The notes beneath the pieces were generated by a model. That model did no database searches. It was not told the origin of the DNA and saw nothing but the letters and a program-made list of their open reading frames with translations. Below are positions 1-9,164 of a stretch of 64,000 bases of DNA, piece after piece; position 1 is the stretch's first letter; every line of letters starts with the position of its first letter. Where the stretch lies: the IMG/VR virus record IMGVR_UViG_3300030433_002456, positions 1-64,000 of that record. One strand, 5' to 3'. The stretch is from a virus. Lineage: Duplodnaviria > Caudoviricetes. The position numbers were made by a program, and so were the translations under genes.

Positions 1-1
1 C

Positions 2-490
2 AGCATTTGGATCACCGATGGTGGTGATGGCGATCCGTTCGGTGGATACCGTGGAACCGTCACCCAGAAGGAGTCCGGTCGCGTGTGGTCCTTCGATGCT
101 CACGAAGAGACTGCCCACGGCACCGATATGCTCCTGCGTGTCTACAAGGACATCGCTGGTGGCAACCTCATCGGTATCTTCCTCGACAACAAGAGGAGCA
201 TCGAGCGAGATCTCTACTACCGTTCGGGCAACAATGTCAACATTGAAAAGAAGATCGAAACCTTCAAGAAGGACGGATTCATCGAGCAGAATCACAAGGG
301 TTATGATACCTACTTCCTGATGGACAAGAAAATCGCTGTCTACACCAGTAGCGACAAGATGGATGCTCTTCCCGAAGATGCCTCCACCACTCGCGTCATC
401 AACGCCTTCCGTAAGGATCTTGGCAAGCGTACCATGTCCCGTCCGCTGCTCAACACCTTCACGGATAAGATTGCGAAGGAGATGGTTTGA
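2..490 (+). CDS. C-terminal part of a VWA-domain (CobT-like) protein typical of T4-like phages; 5' end outside the window
   Basis: Frame 2 is open from the window edge (SIWITDGGDGD..., ITDG MIDAS-type motif). It has NLIGIFL and a C-terminal RTMSRPLLNTFTDKIA resembling phage VWA/CobT proteins. Confidence 0.6.
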   Translation, partial: SIWITDGGDGDPFGGYRGTVTQKESGRVWSFDAHEETAHGTDMLLRVYKDIAGGNLIGIFLDNKRSIERDLYYRSGNNVNIEKKIETFKKDGFIEQNHKGYDTYFLMDKKIAVYTSSDKMDALPEDASTTRVINAFRKDLGKRTMSRPLLNTFTDKIAKEMV

Positions 491-924
491 TAACAAATTC
501 GCCACAAGCAAACAATTTTATAAAAATGGTAGACCGAGAAGCATCACGCTTTTCGGTTCAACTGCTTTTCGGCTCCGGCAAAACGATCATTTCGTCAGAT
601 GATAAGACCAGAACAGATGGTTACTTCGACGCACCCGATGACGATAGTCCCGGTGTGATCGCTGTCGCCATAGGTGGTGCAAAGACAAAATGGTTACACA
701 CACTCGCACATGAGTACGCACACATGTGGCAGTGGTTCACCGACGATCCAGTGTGGTTGGAATGGGAAAAGAAAAGTAACGATGTGAACTACCTGAGACT
801 AGAGGAACACACAGAGAGACAGGCGTGTGAGATCATCGAGCGGTACAAGTTGCCATGTGGTGACCACCGGAAAAGAGCGGCAAGATACCTCGCACGAATA
901 CGAAAAGAGGCGGGACTTGACTGA
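487..924 (+). CDS. HExxH zinc metallopeptidase-like protein
   Basis: TLAHEYAHMWQW followed by a downstream E (LEEHTERQA), an ImmA/SprT-like pattern. TTG start overlaps the upstream stop. Confidence 0.6.
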   Translation: MITNSPQANNFIKMVDREASRFSVQLLFGSGKTIISSDDKTRTDGYFDAPDDDSPGVIAVAIGGAKTKWLHTLAHEYAHMWQWFTDDPVWLEWEKKSNDVNYLRLEEHTERQACEIIERYKLPCGDHRKRAARYLARIRKEAGLD

Positions 925-973
925 GACGAACCTTGAATTTTCGCATCGCCCCTGAGCGGCACAAACCACGCAT

Positions 974-1000
974 ACCCTTTTTATTTAATTAATAAAAGGG
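974..1000. terminator. AT-rich imperfect hairpin, possible terminator
   Basis: ccctttt-ttatt-taatt-aataaaaggg inverted repeat after the metallopeptidase gene. A short tandem repeat, cattttcacc x2, follows it. Confidence 0.3.
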
Positions 1001-1053
1001 ATTTTGCAACATTTTCACCCATTTTCACCCACTTTTGAAAGATTGTATACACC

Positions 1054-1791
1054 ATGCCAAAGACTCTACACACCAAGACTTGTCCAAAATGCAACAAAGA
1101 GTTTACTACTAGATTCAAGAAGCAAAAGTATTGTTCGTGTAAGTGTTCTAATAGTGCAAGAACCGAAAGAAGCACGGTTACATTTAATTGTGATTATTGT
1201 GGTAAGTCACACACTCAACCCTTGAGTAGTTACAACAGTCGTAATGGTGCTAAAGGTAAACATTATTGCTGTGATAAATGTGCAAGGTTGGGCAGAGTAG
1301 CAAAAAGGTTTAAGTTTAATTGTCCGGTATGTGACAAGGAGTTTACTCGTAGGGAATGTGATCTTGCAGATCAGTCTGGTAAAAAACATAAAAATTTGTA
1401 TTGTTCTCGAAAGTGTAAAACCATAGGACTATCGGGGGGTGATGAATATAGTCAATTTACATACTTCATGGGAGGAGTGAGAACACGAATGATACAAAAT
1501 GGTACGAGGGATTTATTAGATTTTGATAGAAAGTATCTCAAGGAGTTGTGGGATGCCCAAGGTGCAAAATGTGCGATCACGAACATTCCCATGACACTCG
1601 ATCCGGTGGGGCGAAAAGTGAGAAGATCGAAGAGTCCATACAAAGCGTCACTTGATAGAATTGATTCAAGTAAACCATATACCAAAGATAACATTCAGTT
1701 TGTCTGTATGGCAGTCAACTACATGAAGAACGAGTTTGGTAATGAAGAGATAATTCAGTTCCTTGATTCGATAGAGCGAACACTCTCGTAA
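1054..1791 (+). CDS. Zinc-finger-rich HNH-type (homing) endonuclease
   Basis: Repeated CxxC...YCSxKC zinc fingers. C-terminal CAITNIPM...SLDRIDSSKPYTKDNIQFVCMAVNYMKN nuclease motif. More AT-rich than its flanks. Confidence 0.75.
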   Translation: MPKTLHTKTCPKCNKEFTTRFKKQKYCSCKCSNSARTERSTVTFNCDYCGKSHTQPLSSYNSRNGAKGKHYCCDKCARLGRVAKRFKFNCPVCDKEFTRRECDLADQSGKKHKNLYCSRKCKTIGLSGGDEYSQFTYFMGGVRTRMIQNGTRDLLDFDRKYLKELWDAQGAKCAITNIPMTLDPVGRKVRRSKSPYKASLDRIDSSKPYTKDNIQFVCMAVNYMKNEFGNEEIIQFLDSIERTLS

Positions 1792-1825
1792 AAATACATA
1801 CTATTGACAACATAGGAGAAAGATT

Positions 1826-2596
1826 ATGTCAAAAAATGATCAATTCTCTGAGGGTTGTTCACGATGCAGTGACTACGATAAGTTAAAGGATGATCTTGAA
1901 AACCTCAAAGAGAAGTCTAAGAATGAGCAACGCGAGGCACTCAAGTCTTGCGAACAAGGTCGAGAATTATTACAAAAGAAATTGTTAAAAGTTGGGGCAG
2001 TTGCCGTAATTGGTGGCACTATAGTTGGTAAAGAACTTATAGACAAAGTTGCAAGTTATATTGAATCTTTCAATAAGGTGACCGATTTGATTTCTTATAA
2101 TACCCCCACTTTTACAGCACCGGTTTCCTCACCCGGTGGCGAGCAAGTCGCACAGAATGATGAGGAAGATGATAAAGAAGATGACAAGAAGGATGAAAAA
2201 GATAAAGAAAAGATGGCAGATGCCGGTGGACCCCTCACTCCTCCTTTTCTCGGTCCTGATGTATATGATACCTTTGGTTATAGCAGAGAGAGCGTATTCA
2301 CTGATATGTTCCCTACTGACCCACTCGTAGAATCCTTTCTGGCGAACGAGGCGTTGTCTCTGACCGCTTTGCCCAATGAAATCGATATGGCATCCCTGAT
2401 TCAAGACTTCGCTCTAGCGGATTCATTGAATACATTTGATCTTCCTTGGACTAATGCATTCGAGTTGCCGGGACCGTTTATTGATAATCCATCAATGCCA
2501 CAGCAGGCAATGATCATCCCAGATGCCGGTACGGGTATGCCTTTAATTTTCGCTATTCCTTTGATGGGATTCTTGGGTCGCCGTAGGAATACATAG
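1826..2596 (+). CDS. Membrane protein with a C-terminal PEP-CTERM-like sorting signal
   Basis: AGGAG RBS. Hydrophobic segment VGAVAVIGGTIVG and an acidic low-complexity middle. C-terminus is IPDAG + hydrophobic stretch + GRRR. Confidence 0.6.
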   Translation: MSKNDQFSEGCSRCSDYDKLKDDLENLKEKSKNEQREALKSCEQGRELLQKKLLKVGAVAVIGGTIVGKELIDKVASYIESFNKVTDLISYNTPTFTAPVSSPGGEQVAQNDEEDDKEDDKKDEKDKEKMADAGGPLTPPFLGPDVYDTFGYSRESVFTDMFPTDPLVESFLANEALSLTALPNEIDMASLIQDFALADSLNTFDLPWTNAFELPGPFIDNPSMPQQAMIIPDAGTGMPLIFAIPLMGFLGRRRNT

Positions 2597-2611
2597 AGTA
2601 GGAGTTATATT

Positions 2612-2899
2612 ATGCCAACATATAGTTTTAATTGTGAAAGTTGTGAAAAGTCATTTGATAGTTTTCTTACCATGTCTAGATGTGATGAACCATTGGGTGA
2701 ACCATGTCCTGAATGTGGAGTGAGTGGTAAGGTGGTGAAAGCATACTTGTCTGCACCTAGTGCCATGTTGGATACGAATCACGTTGTTGATAGACCACAG
2801 GGTGGAGCGTTCCAAGAGCGTATGCAACACATCATTGATAATGCACCGGCGTTAGACAAAGAGGCAAAGGCGAATCTAGAAAGACACACAACCCGATGA
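2612..2899 (+). CDS. FmdB-family zinc-ribbon protein
   Basis: MPTYSFNCESC...CPECG pattern; AGGAG RBS. Confidence 0.8.
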   Translation: MPTYSFNCESCEKSFDSFLTMSRCDEPLGEPCPECGVSGKVVKAYLSAPSAMLDTNHVVDRPQGGAFQERMQHIIDNAPALDKEAKANLERHTTR

Positions 2900-5475
2900 C
2901 CAAGCGTATACCCAAATCCAAAGAGGGACAGGATCCCGATACCCACAGTGATCTCTACACAGACGAGGATCCCAAGGGTACGATACATGGACTAGGGTTC
3001 ACGGATGCCGCTAAGGCAAAAGAGTCGGTTGCCAAGATCGAACGATCAGATCGCACCCATGCACATAAGGTGCAGGCAGCAATCGCTATGAGTCAGAGGG
3101 CAAAGGTCGCCAGCAAGAGAGCAAAGGATCCGGAGAAGAAGAAAAACCTCGCCGCTGCGGCGGAGGTTTACTTTGCTTTTATAGAAAAGATGAAAAAAAT
3201 AACTAAGAAGAGACAAATGAAAGAATTCAGCGAATACATCTCCGAGACTAGTGGTGAATACGAGGGCAGGAAAGTTGACCTCGACAATCCGTTCCGTCTA
3301 CCACAAGGATCGAAAAAGAAGTTCGGTGTCTATGTACGAAACGACAAAGGCAACGTGATCAAGGTAACATTCGGTGATCCCAACCTGTCTATCAAGCGTG
3401 ATCATGAAGACCGACTCAAGAACTTCCGTGCGAGACACAATTGTGACGAGAAGAAGGACAAGACCACTCCGGGTTATTGGTCTTGCAAATTCTGGGAGAA
3501 GGATAGTCCAGTGTCGAAACTCTTGAGCAAGGGTGATGTGACCGAGGATGCTGAGTGGAAAGACAAGAACGATGAGCGTGAACACAACAAGTTGTTTATG
3601 CAATCACTGAAAGTCATGCCGGGTTCTCCCAAGCAGAAAAAGATCGTTCAACAGATGAATGTTCTACGCAAGAAGAATGGTCTTGAACTTCTGGGAGAAG
3701 ATACGCAACTCGATGAGCGGAAAAAAATAACTCATGTCATTGATCGAAGAACAGGCGAATCTGTTTACGGTCCCACTGATGTTGCAGATGCAAAAAGATT
3801 TTTGAAAAAGCAAATCCAACCTAACAAGTTTATGATTCGTGATATCAAAGAGGATGTGCAACTCGATGAATCAATCGAATCACTCAAGGGATGGATCCAT
3901 CCTAAAAAGAAGAAGGCATATACCACTGAGCGTATGCGACCATACCATGTGGAGTTCATCGTCAGGAAACCAAGAGACTATGGTCTCAACAAGAAGCAGA
4001 TCCTCGACTATCTTGAGAAAAAGTTTGACTTGATGGATGCACCTGATCCTGAGCAAGCAGCAAAGCAGGGGTACGAGGATATTCTGGCAGGACGAAACGA
4101 CATCGACCGAAACATTGAACACATGGCAATGAAAAAAGGTTGGGTTCGTGTCGTTGGTGGTAAGTTTGCTTCTATTGCAAGCAATGTAAAATTAAATGAC
4201 AGACAGGTCGGTATAATTCTTAGTATCATGGAGGATGAGGGACTGATTGGTGATGCTGCTGGAGTCTACACAAGAGAAGTCGGTCTCGAATACTACGAGG
4301 AGTCGGATCGTGCTGATGTCAATGCCCGTGTAAGATATTACAAAACTATCGAGGGAGCAGACATTCAGAACTTGATCAAGGGTAAACCACGCGGGACCAA
4401 GAGAACAGAGATAGGACAAACTATGGCAATGTTTAGAGGAGAGTCGCTTGAAATTTCGCAACTAGGTGAGGCAGTAGATCAGAAGGATATGCTTCGTATC
4501 TTCAATGATCTCAACAAGGGTGACACCATCAAGGTCAAGTTTAAGTCGGTGATGGCATCGGCAACCAAGAACTTCGTCGAGTTGGTAGTAACCAGTGGTC
4601 GCCGCACAGTAGGCAAGGCAAAGGTCGAGCGTATCATTCTCAAGTCGAAGAAAAATCCCGGCGGTGTGAAGTATTACCTATATCGTCGTGGTGATAATGT
4701 ATCGTTCGCAATGGGCGACATGGCAGCGATCATCGATGAGATTGATGAGTCATACGAGCATGAGTTATTCGAGAGTGCGATGAAGCGTCTAAGTGCGAGA
4801 CTCATGAAACTAACTCCCGTAGCAAACGCTATTGCAAAAAATCCACAAACTACAAATCTTGCAGTAAGTCTCATTGCCATCCCAGCGGTTAATGCTATTC
4901 TTAAGCGTGCAAATTATGATAATTTGCAAAAAGTCATTGATCTCGCTGACTTTATGAAAGATGCGGCGTTGTCACTGGGTGCCGAGAGAGACCCCAAACT
5001 AGAAAACACGGTCCTTAAATATTCGCAGTTCTTAGATGAAAAGGTTTACGCCAAGTCTGGACTCGGCAAGTGGTTTGGCAGTGGTGGCGGTGGTGGTGTT
5101 GAAAAGGGTGGATGGGACAGATATAGCACAACCGGCAAGCGTATGGGGAAATGCGGTGATGCCGAAGAGGGCGAACCATATAGTGCCTGTTTGTCAAAAG
5201 ACAAGGCAAAAAAATTAGGAAAGAAAAAGATCGCCTCTTTCGTTCGTCGCAAGAGAGATGCACAGGATAAGGCAAAGCGTGGCGATGTTGGTGACGGCGG
5301 AAAAGGCAAGAAACCAATTAACGTTAAAACTGGCGTAACTGATAAAGATCCTAAAAAACAAGGTATCCAAGATGACTGGTCCGCTAAATATAAAAGTAGT
5401 ATTGACTGTGACAACCCAAAAGGATTTTCCCAACGCGCCCATTGTCAGGGTAGAAAAAAGAGAGGACTTGACTAA
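2896..5475 (+). CDS. Multi-module Lys-rich protein (859 aa), putative internal head polyprotein
   Basis: Internal capsid-targeting-like MKEFSEYISE at 3217. Modules are separated by EDTQLDE, EDVQLDE, SQLGE, EIDE, ELFE and QFLDE. Several modules resemble small stand-alone phage proteins (FRARHNC...YWSCKFW; GLGKWF...ACL; IDCDNPKGFSQRAHC). Confidence 0.65.
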   Translation: MTKRIPKSKEGQDPDTHSDLYTDEDPKGTIHGLGFTDAAKAKESVAKIERSDRTHAHKVQAAIAMSQRAKVASKRAKDPEKKKNLAAAAEVYFAFIEKMKKITKKRQMKEFSEYISETSGEYEGRKVDLDNPFRLPQGSKKKFGVYVRNDKGNVIKVTFGDPNLSIKRDHEDRLKNFRARHNCDEKKDKTTPGYWSCKFWEKDSPVSKLLSKGDVTEDAEWKDKNDEREHNKLFMQSLKVMPGSPKQKKIVQQMNVLRKKNGLELLGEDTQLDERKKITHVIDRRTGESVYGPTDVADAKRFLKKQIQPNKFMIRDIKEDVQLDESIESLKGWIHPKKKKAYTTERMRPYHVEFIVRKPRDYGLNKKQILDYLEKKFDLMDAPDPEQAAKQGYEDILAGRNDIDRNIEHMAMKKGWVRVVGGKFASIASNVKLNDRQVGIILSIMEDEGLIGDAAGVYTREVGLEYYEESDRADVNARVRYYKTIEGADIQNLIKGKPRGTKRTEIGQTMAMFRGESLEISQLGEAVDQKDMLRIFNDLNKGDTIKVKFKSVMASATKNFVELVVTSGRRTVGKAKVERIILKSKKNPGGVKYYLYRRGDNVSFAMGDMAAIIDEIDESYEHELFESAMKRLSARLMKLTPVANAIAKNPQTTNLAVSLIAIPAVNAILKRANYDNLQKVIDLADFMKDAALSLGAERDPKLENTVLKYSQFLDEKVYAKSGLGKWFGSGGGGGVEKGGWDRYSTTGKRMGKCGDAEEGEPYSACLSKDKAKKLGKKKIASFVRRKRDAQDKAKRGDVGDGGKGKKPINVKTGVTDKDPKKQGIQDDWSAKYKSSIDCDNPKGFSQRAHCQGRKKRGLD

Positions 5476-6653
5476 TGAAATCATTCGGTGAATTTTCGCA
5501 CGATCTCCAAGAGAAAAATGTTCCCAACAACCCGGAACTATGGAAGAAGGCAATCGCAAAAGCGAAGGCAAAGTTTGATGTCTACCCATCCGCATATGCT
5601 AACGCATGGGCATCCAAGTGGTACAAGGGTGAGGGTGGCACATGGAGTACGAAGAAAGAAGAAGTCGAGATCGATGAAAGCACCCCAGCATATCGCAAGA
5701 TGATGAAAGACTATGCCAAGAGCGATGATAAGAAAGTCTTTGATATTCTTGACAAAAACGGTTATCGTCTAGGGGAACAAGGGGACACTCTTGTTCGCAA
5801 CATGCTCAAGAAGTTTAAGGGAGATGTCAAGAAGGCAGCAGCAGAGATCATGAAGAAGTATCCCGGCATGAAGAAAGAGGATGTTGAACTTGACGAGAAC
5901 CGTGATTTCGCTGCAAAGAAGTTTATGAATGCATTGATGAAAGCAAACATCATAGGAGTTTATGATAATCTTTCTGGAACAATGCGAGTTACAAAGAGAA
6001 ACTTGGCCAAAGCACAAAGCATTGGTAAAAAACTCAAGGTCGATAAAGATGGTGTGAGTATTGATATCATAAAAGAGGATGTTGATGAGGGTTTCGCAAG
6101 TGACGCTCAACGCCGTGCCGCATTCGCCAGCGGATATAAGGCGAAGGGTAAGAAGGGCAAAAAGGAAGAAGTTGAGGTTCACGAAGAGGACGAAGACAAG
6201 AAACCACTCATGACATGGTTCGCCCAGTTCGAGAAGGAACTTAAGAAATCAGGTGGCAAGTATAAGGATGTTGATCCTACTGACATGCTCAAACTATACT
6301 ACAAGGGCATTAAACCAAAGGTTGCCGCCAAACAACTTACTGCATCATACACATTTGACAAGGAAAAGGGTGAATATGTCCGCATGGACGAAGCATCTTT
6401 CGCTGATCGTATGATTGTCAAACAAGGTCGCTCTCCCGGTTCTGGTATTGCTCGATCCACCAATATAGGTCTCGTCCTACCCAAAACAGCGTCGATGGAG
6501 AAAAAAATCAAAGCGGTTATGGAAAAGGACGCTGCGATGCGCCGAAAGATGGCAAATCTTGTAGTCGGTCGTGAGGATCGTGAGAAAGAATTTGTTCTTT
6601 ACTTCAAATCCGCACAGGGCAGAAAAAACTTTCGTCAAATGATGGACTCATGA
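5475..6653 (+). CDS. Multi-module protein (392 aa), putative internal head polyprotein
   Basis: N-terminal MKSFGEFSHDLQE. Linkers KKEEVEIDE, KKEDVELDE, IKEDVDE and KKEEVEVHE. First module contains KFDVYPSAYANAW. Confidence 0.65.
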   Translation: MKSFGEFSHDLQEKNVPNNPELWKKAIAKAKAKFDVYPSAYANAWASKWYKGEGGTWSTKKEEVEIDESTPAYRKMMKDYAKSDDKKVFDILDKNGYRLGEQGDTLVRNMLKKFKGDVKKAAAEIMKKYPGMKKEDVELDENRDFAAKKFMNALMKANIIGVYDNLSGTMRVTKRNLAKAQSIGKKLKVDKDGVSIDIIKEDVDEGFASDAQRRAAFASGYKAKGKKGKKEEVEVHEEDEDKKPLMTWFAQFEKELKKSGGKYKDVDPTDMLKLYYKGIKPKVAAKQLTASYTFDKEKGEYVRMDEASFADRMIVKQGRSPGSGIARSTNIGLVLPKTASMEKKIKAVMEKDAAMRRKMANLVVGREDREKEFVLYFKSAQGRKNFRQMMDS

Positions 6654-6672
6654 TTAACACAAAGGGAGTTGC

Positions 6673-7191
6673 ATGAAGAGAGAGGTATTACTACTCAACT
6701 CATGTGAACAAATACTAAAAATTATATCATGGAAAAAAGCAGTTAGACTCTTGCTTTCGGGAAAGGCAACGAAACCGCATACCCCATACAAAAAGACACA
6801 CACGATAAGGACGGTGACCGGTGAGGTAGAGATACCCGCCGCCATCGTCCTTGTTCGTTTTCACGAACTACCCGAACTAGATGTCCGACCGACTCGTAGA
6901 AATATCTTTAAACGAGATAACCACACTTGTCAATATTGCGGTCTTCACACAAAGAATGTAAAAAATTTAACAATAGATCATGTCCACCCCAGATGCAGGG
7001 GTGGGGATAATGGTTGGACCAATCTAGTCACGGCATGTTTTGTTTGTAACAACAAAAAAGGAAACAAGTTACTCAAAGAGTGTGATATGAATCTTCGCTG
7101 TAAACCGAGGAAACCTAGATATTACGCACTTCACCTAACCGGACTTGATGAAAACGGTAAGGAACTTTGGAGTCAATGGATTAACTTATGA
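6673..7191 (+). CDS. HNH endonuclease (McrA-like family)
   Basis: VLLLNS N-terminus; RRNIFKRDNHTCQYCG...TIDHVHP...GG...WTNLVTAC..CN..KG. Confidence 0.9.
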   Translation: MKREVLLLNSCEQILKIISWKKAVRLLLSGKATKPHTPYKKTHTIRTVTGEVEIPAAIVLVRFHELPELDVRPTRRNIFKRDNHTCQYCGLHTKNVKNLTIDHVHPRCRGGDNGWTNLVTACFVCNNKKGNKLLKECDMNLRCKPRKPRYYALHLTGLDENGKELWSQWINL

Positions 7192-7907
7192 AATCTTTTT
7201 TACAATATCTTGACGAGGCGTATATCTCGCCCAACAACGGAGCAAAGTATGGACAGGTCATCTTTCTCGTTGGTGGTGCTGCGTCTGGCAAGAGTACCGC
7301 AATAAGAAAATTTATTGATTTTGCGACATACAAAACAATCAATCCGGATGATGTCAAGGATCTCATGCGTCGAGCGTCTGAGAAGGGCATTGAGGGGTTT
7401 CAGGACTTGATTGGAGTTGATCCACAGACACCCGAGGGAGCAGCAGCGTACCATAGCAAAATGAATCAAATGAAATTGAGTTCTCGTATGTCGAAGAGAC
7501 TCACACTAGATCCAAATCGTTCGCCGGAGGCGTATCCTAATTTGCTTTTCGACCGCACATTTAGTTTTGCAGGTGAAATAGAAAAAATATCGAAGAGTCT
7601 TATAAGATACGGTTACAAACCAGAGAACATACACATCGTGTATGTTTTTACCGATGTGAACATAGCACTCAAACGCAACCGGGAACGATCTAGGACACTT
7701 GCCGATGATATCATTGTGCAAAGTGCAAAGGGGGCGAAGAGAAACTTTATAGATCTCCTCTTCCAAAGAATGAAAGCAGCACCCGTGAATGGAGATTTCT
7801 TCATGGTTGCTAATGATCGTGTCATTCCGATCAAAAAGTCAGGTAAGCGTGTGGACCGTTCAGGAGATGTTGCAAAGAAAGTTGCCCGGACGCTTGGCAT
7901 ACTTTAA
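7188..7907 (+). CDS. Zeta-toxin/AAA_33-like P-loop kinase with a capsid-targeting-like N-terminus
   Basis: Walker [20 protein letters not shown] and [10 protein letters not shown] lid; begins [10 protein letters not shown]. Confidence 0.7.
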   Translation: MKSFLQYLDEAYISPNNGAKYGQVIFLVGGAASGKSTAIRKFIDFATYKTINPDDVKDLMRRASEKGIEGFQDLIGVDPQTPEGAAAYHSKMNQMKLSSRMSKRLTLDPNRSPEAYPNLLFDRTFSFAGEIEKISKSLIRYGYKPENIHIVYVFTDVNIALKRNRERSRTLADDIIVQSAKGAKRNFIDLLFQRMKAAPVNGDFFMVANDRVIPIKKSGKRVDRSGDVAKKVARTLGIL

Positions 7908-8484
7908 TTCAATTTTCGCACTTTTAATAATTCTCTGTTCTGCCGCTCTGGGGCAGGAGATTTGTCGTCCCCCGATGGTTTCCTTTGATGTGCATAGACT
8001 TGAACTAGAAAACGGATATCTGCACACCACTGGTGGAGTTGCCCGAGAAACCCGTGTGATTGAAGTTGACTACATCGACAATCGAAGAATCGTAACTAAC
8101 CTATTCGACTCGCAAGGCACAGTCACGCTTACGAATCAAACTCCTCAAGCAAGACGCATTAAATACAGACACTATGTTACCGTTCCTAAAGGTGAATACA
8201 CAATCACACAACATGATGCAGATTATGAAGTGTGTGCCGATAACGGTCAAGTTGTATTTTATACAGATGCGGTTCTTGCAAGCGGTGTGCCATTCACAAA
8301 AGATTGGGTATACACCGTGGAGATACAAGTGTGGGGCGATCTTAACAACGATGGAAACATTAACGGTTTCGATCTAGGAAGTCTGTTCATTCAGTGGGGT
8401 ATGGATGGAGCAGCAGACTTCAACACGGACGGTATCGTGGATGCAGAGGATCTTGGCATTTTACTTACAAATTGGACCGGATGA
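7894..8484 (+). CDS. Secreted protein with a C-terminal dockerin-like (paired EF-hand) domain
   Basis: Probable TTG start giving signal peptide [20 protein letters not shown] (the ORF is open from 7789). C-terminus [22 protein letters not shown]...[21 protein letters not shown]. Confidence 0.7.
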   Translation: MAYFNSIFALLIILCSAALGQEICRPPMVSFDVHRLELENGYLHTTGGVARETRVIEVDYIDNRRIVTNLFDSQGTVTLTNQTPQARRIKYRHYVTVPKGEYTITQHDADYEVCADNGQVVFYTDAVLASGVPFTKDWVYTVEIQVWGDLNNDGNINGFDLGSLFIQWGMDGAADFNTDGIVDAEDLGILLTNWTG

Positions 8485-8487
8485 ATT

Positions 8488-8495
8488 TATAAATA
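8488..8495 (+). promoter_or_regulatory. Canonical T4 late promoter TATAAATA
   Basis: Exact T4 gp55 consensus, about 50 nt upstream of the 8545 ORF. Confidence 0.45.
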
Positions 8496-8544
8496 TTTTT
8501 GTGAAATTTCGCTAAAAATATGAACCATAGAGGGGAGAAATCTC

Positions 8545-8808
8545 ATGGAAGAAGCACTGAGCAACTACTTCATGGATTTCATTATGGGTGCGTTGGGAAC
8601 AGCGGTGTTCGCACTAATTGGGTTTGTATGGAAAGTGAGTCATAAAGTCTCTGCTCTCGAAAAGCAAGTAGCAAATGAGAGAGAAATGAGACAGCGAGGC
8701 GAAAGAGAGTTTCGTAGAGACATCGACAATATCGTTGACAATGTTGACAAAAATAGAGAATGGTCTACAAATAGAATGATGTCAATTGCTAAAGAATTGC
8801 CCAGATAA
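8545..8808 (+). CDS. Small single-TM coiled-coil protein (holin/XhlA-like architecture)
   Basis: GGAG RBS; N-terminal hydrophobic helix followed by a charged coiled coil. Confidence 0.55.
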   Translation: MEEALSNYFMDFIMGALGTAVFALIGFVWKVSHKVSALEKQVANEREMRQRGEREFRRDIDNIVDNVDKNREWSTNRMMSIAKELPR

Positions 8809-8812
8809 CGAG

Positions 8813-8838
8813 AAACGCCCCAGACATGGGGCGTTTTT
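8813..8838. terminator. Rho-independent terminator, probably bidirectional
   Basis: aaacgcccca-gaca-tggggcgttt plus a T tail, between convergent ORFs. Confidence 0.8.
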
Positions 8839-8840
8839 CA

Positions 8841-9068
8841 TTAGACCGCTTTGCGTCTTGCTCTCGACATGAATCTTGCACGCAACGCTCGGTTGACAAC
8901 CTGATTATATCGGATCACATAGTCTGCGACCTCTTTGTCGGGGACATCATTGATGTCTGGGAGTTTGTCCTGTTCGGTGATCTCTTCAACTTCCTCTTCG
9001 AGTTCTGGTTCGAGAACCCTCTTTGATGCTTCATTGAGTGATTTAAAAAGATTTTTATCTAGACGCAT
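8841..9068 (-). CDS. Hypothetical protein (75 aa)
   Basis: GAGGTG RBS and an ATACATAA motif upstream on the minus strand; converges on the terminator; contains SLNE and ITE motifs. Confidence 0.6.
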   Translation of the reverse strand: MRLDKNLFKSLNEASKRVLEPELEEEVEEITEQDKLPDINDVPDKEVADYVIRYNQVVNRALRARFMSRARRKAV

Positions 9069-9164
9069 GTGTCACCTCTGATATTATGTATAAGAATTTT
9101 AAAACTACTACATATTGAGACGGTTTCTTATAAACCACAATTATCTATTCACAGGAGAATGTCG

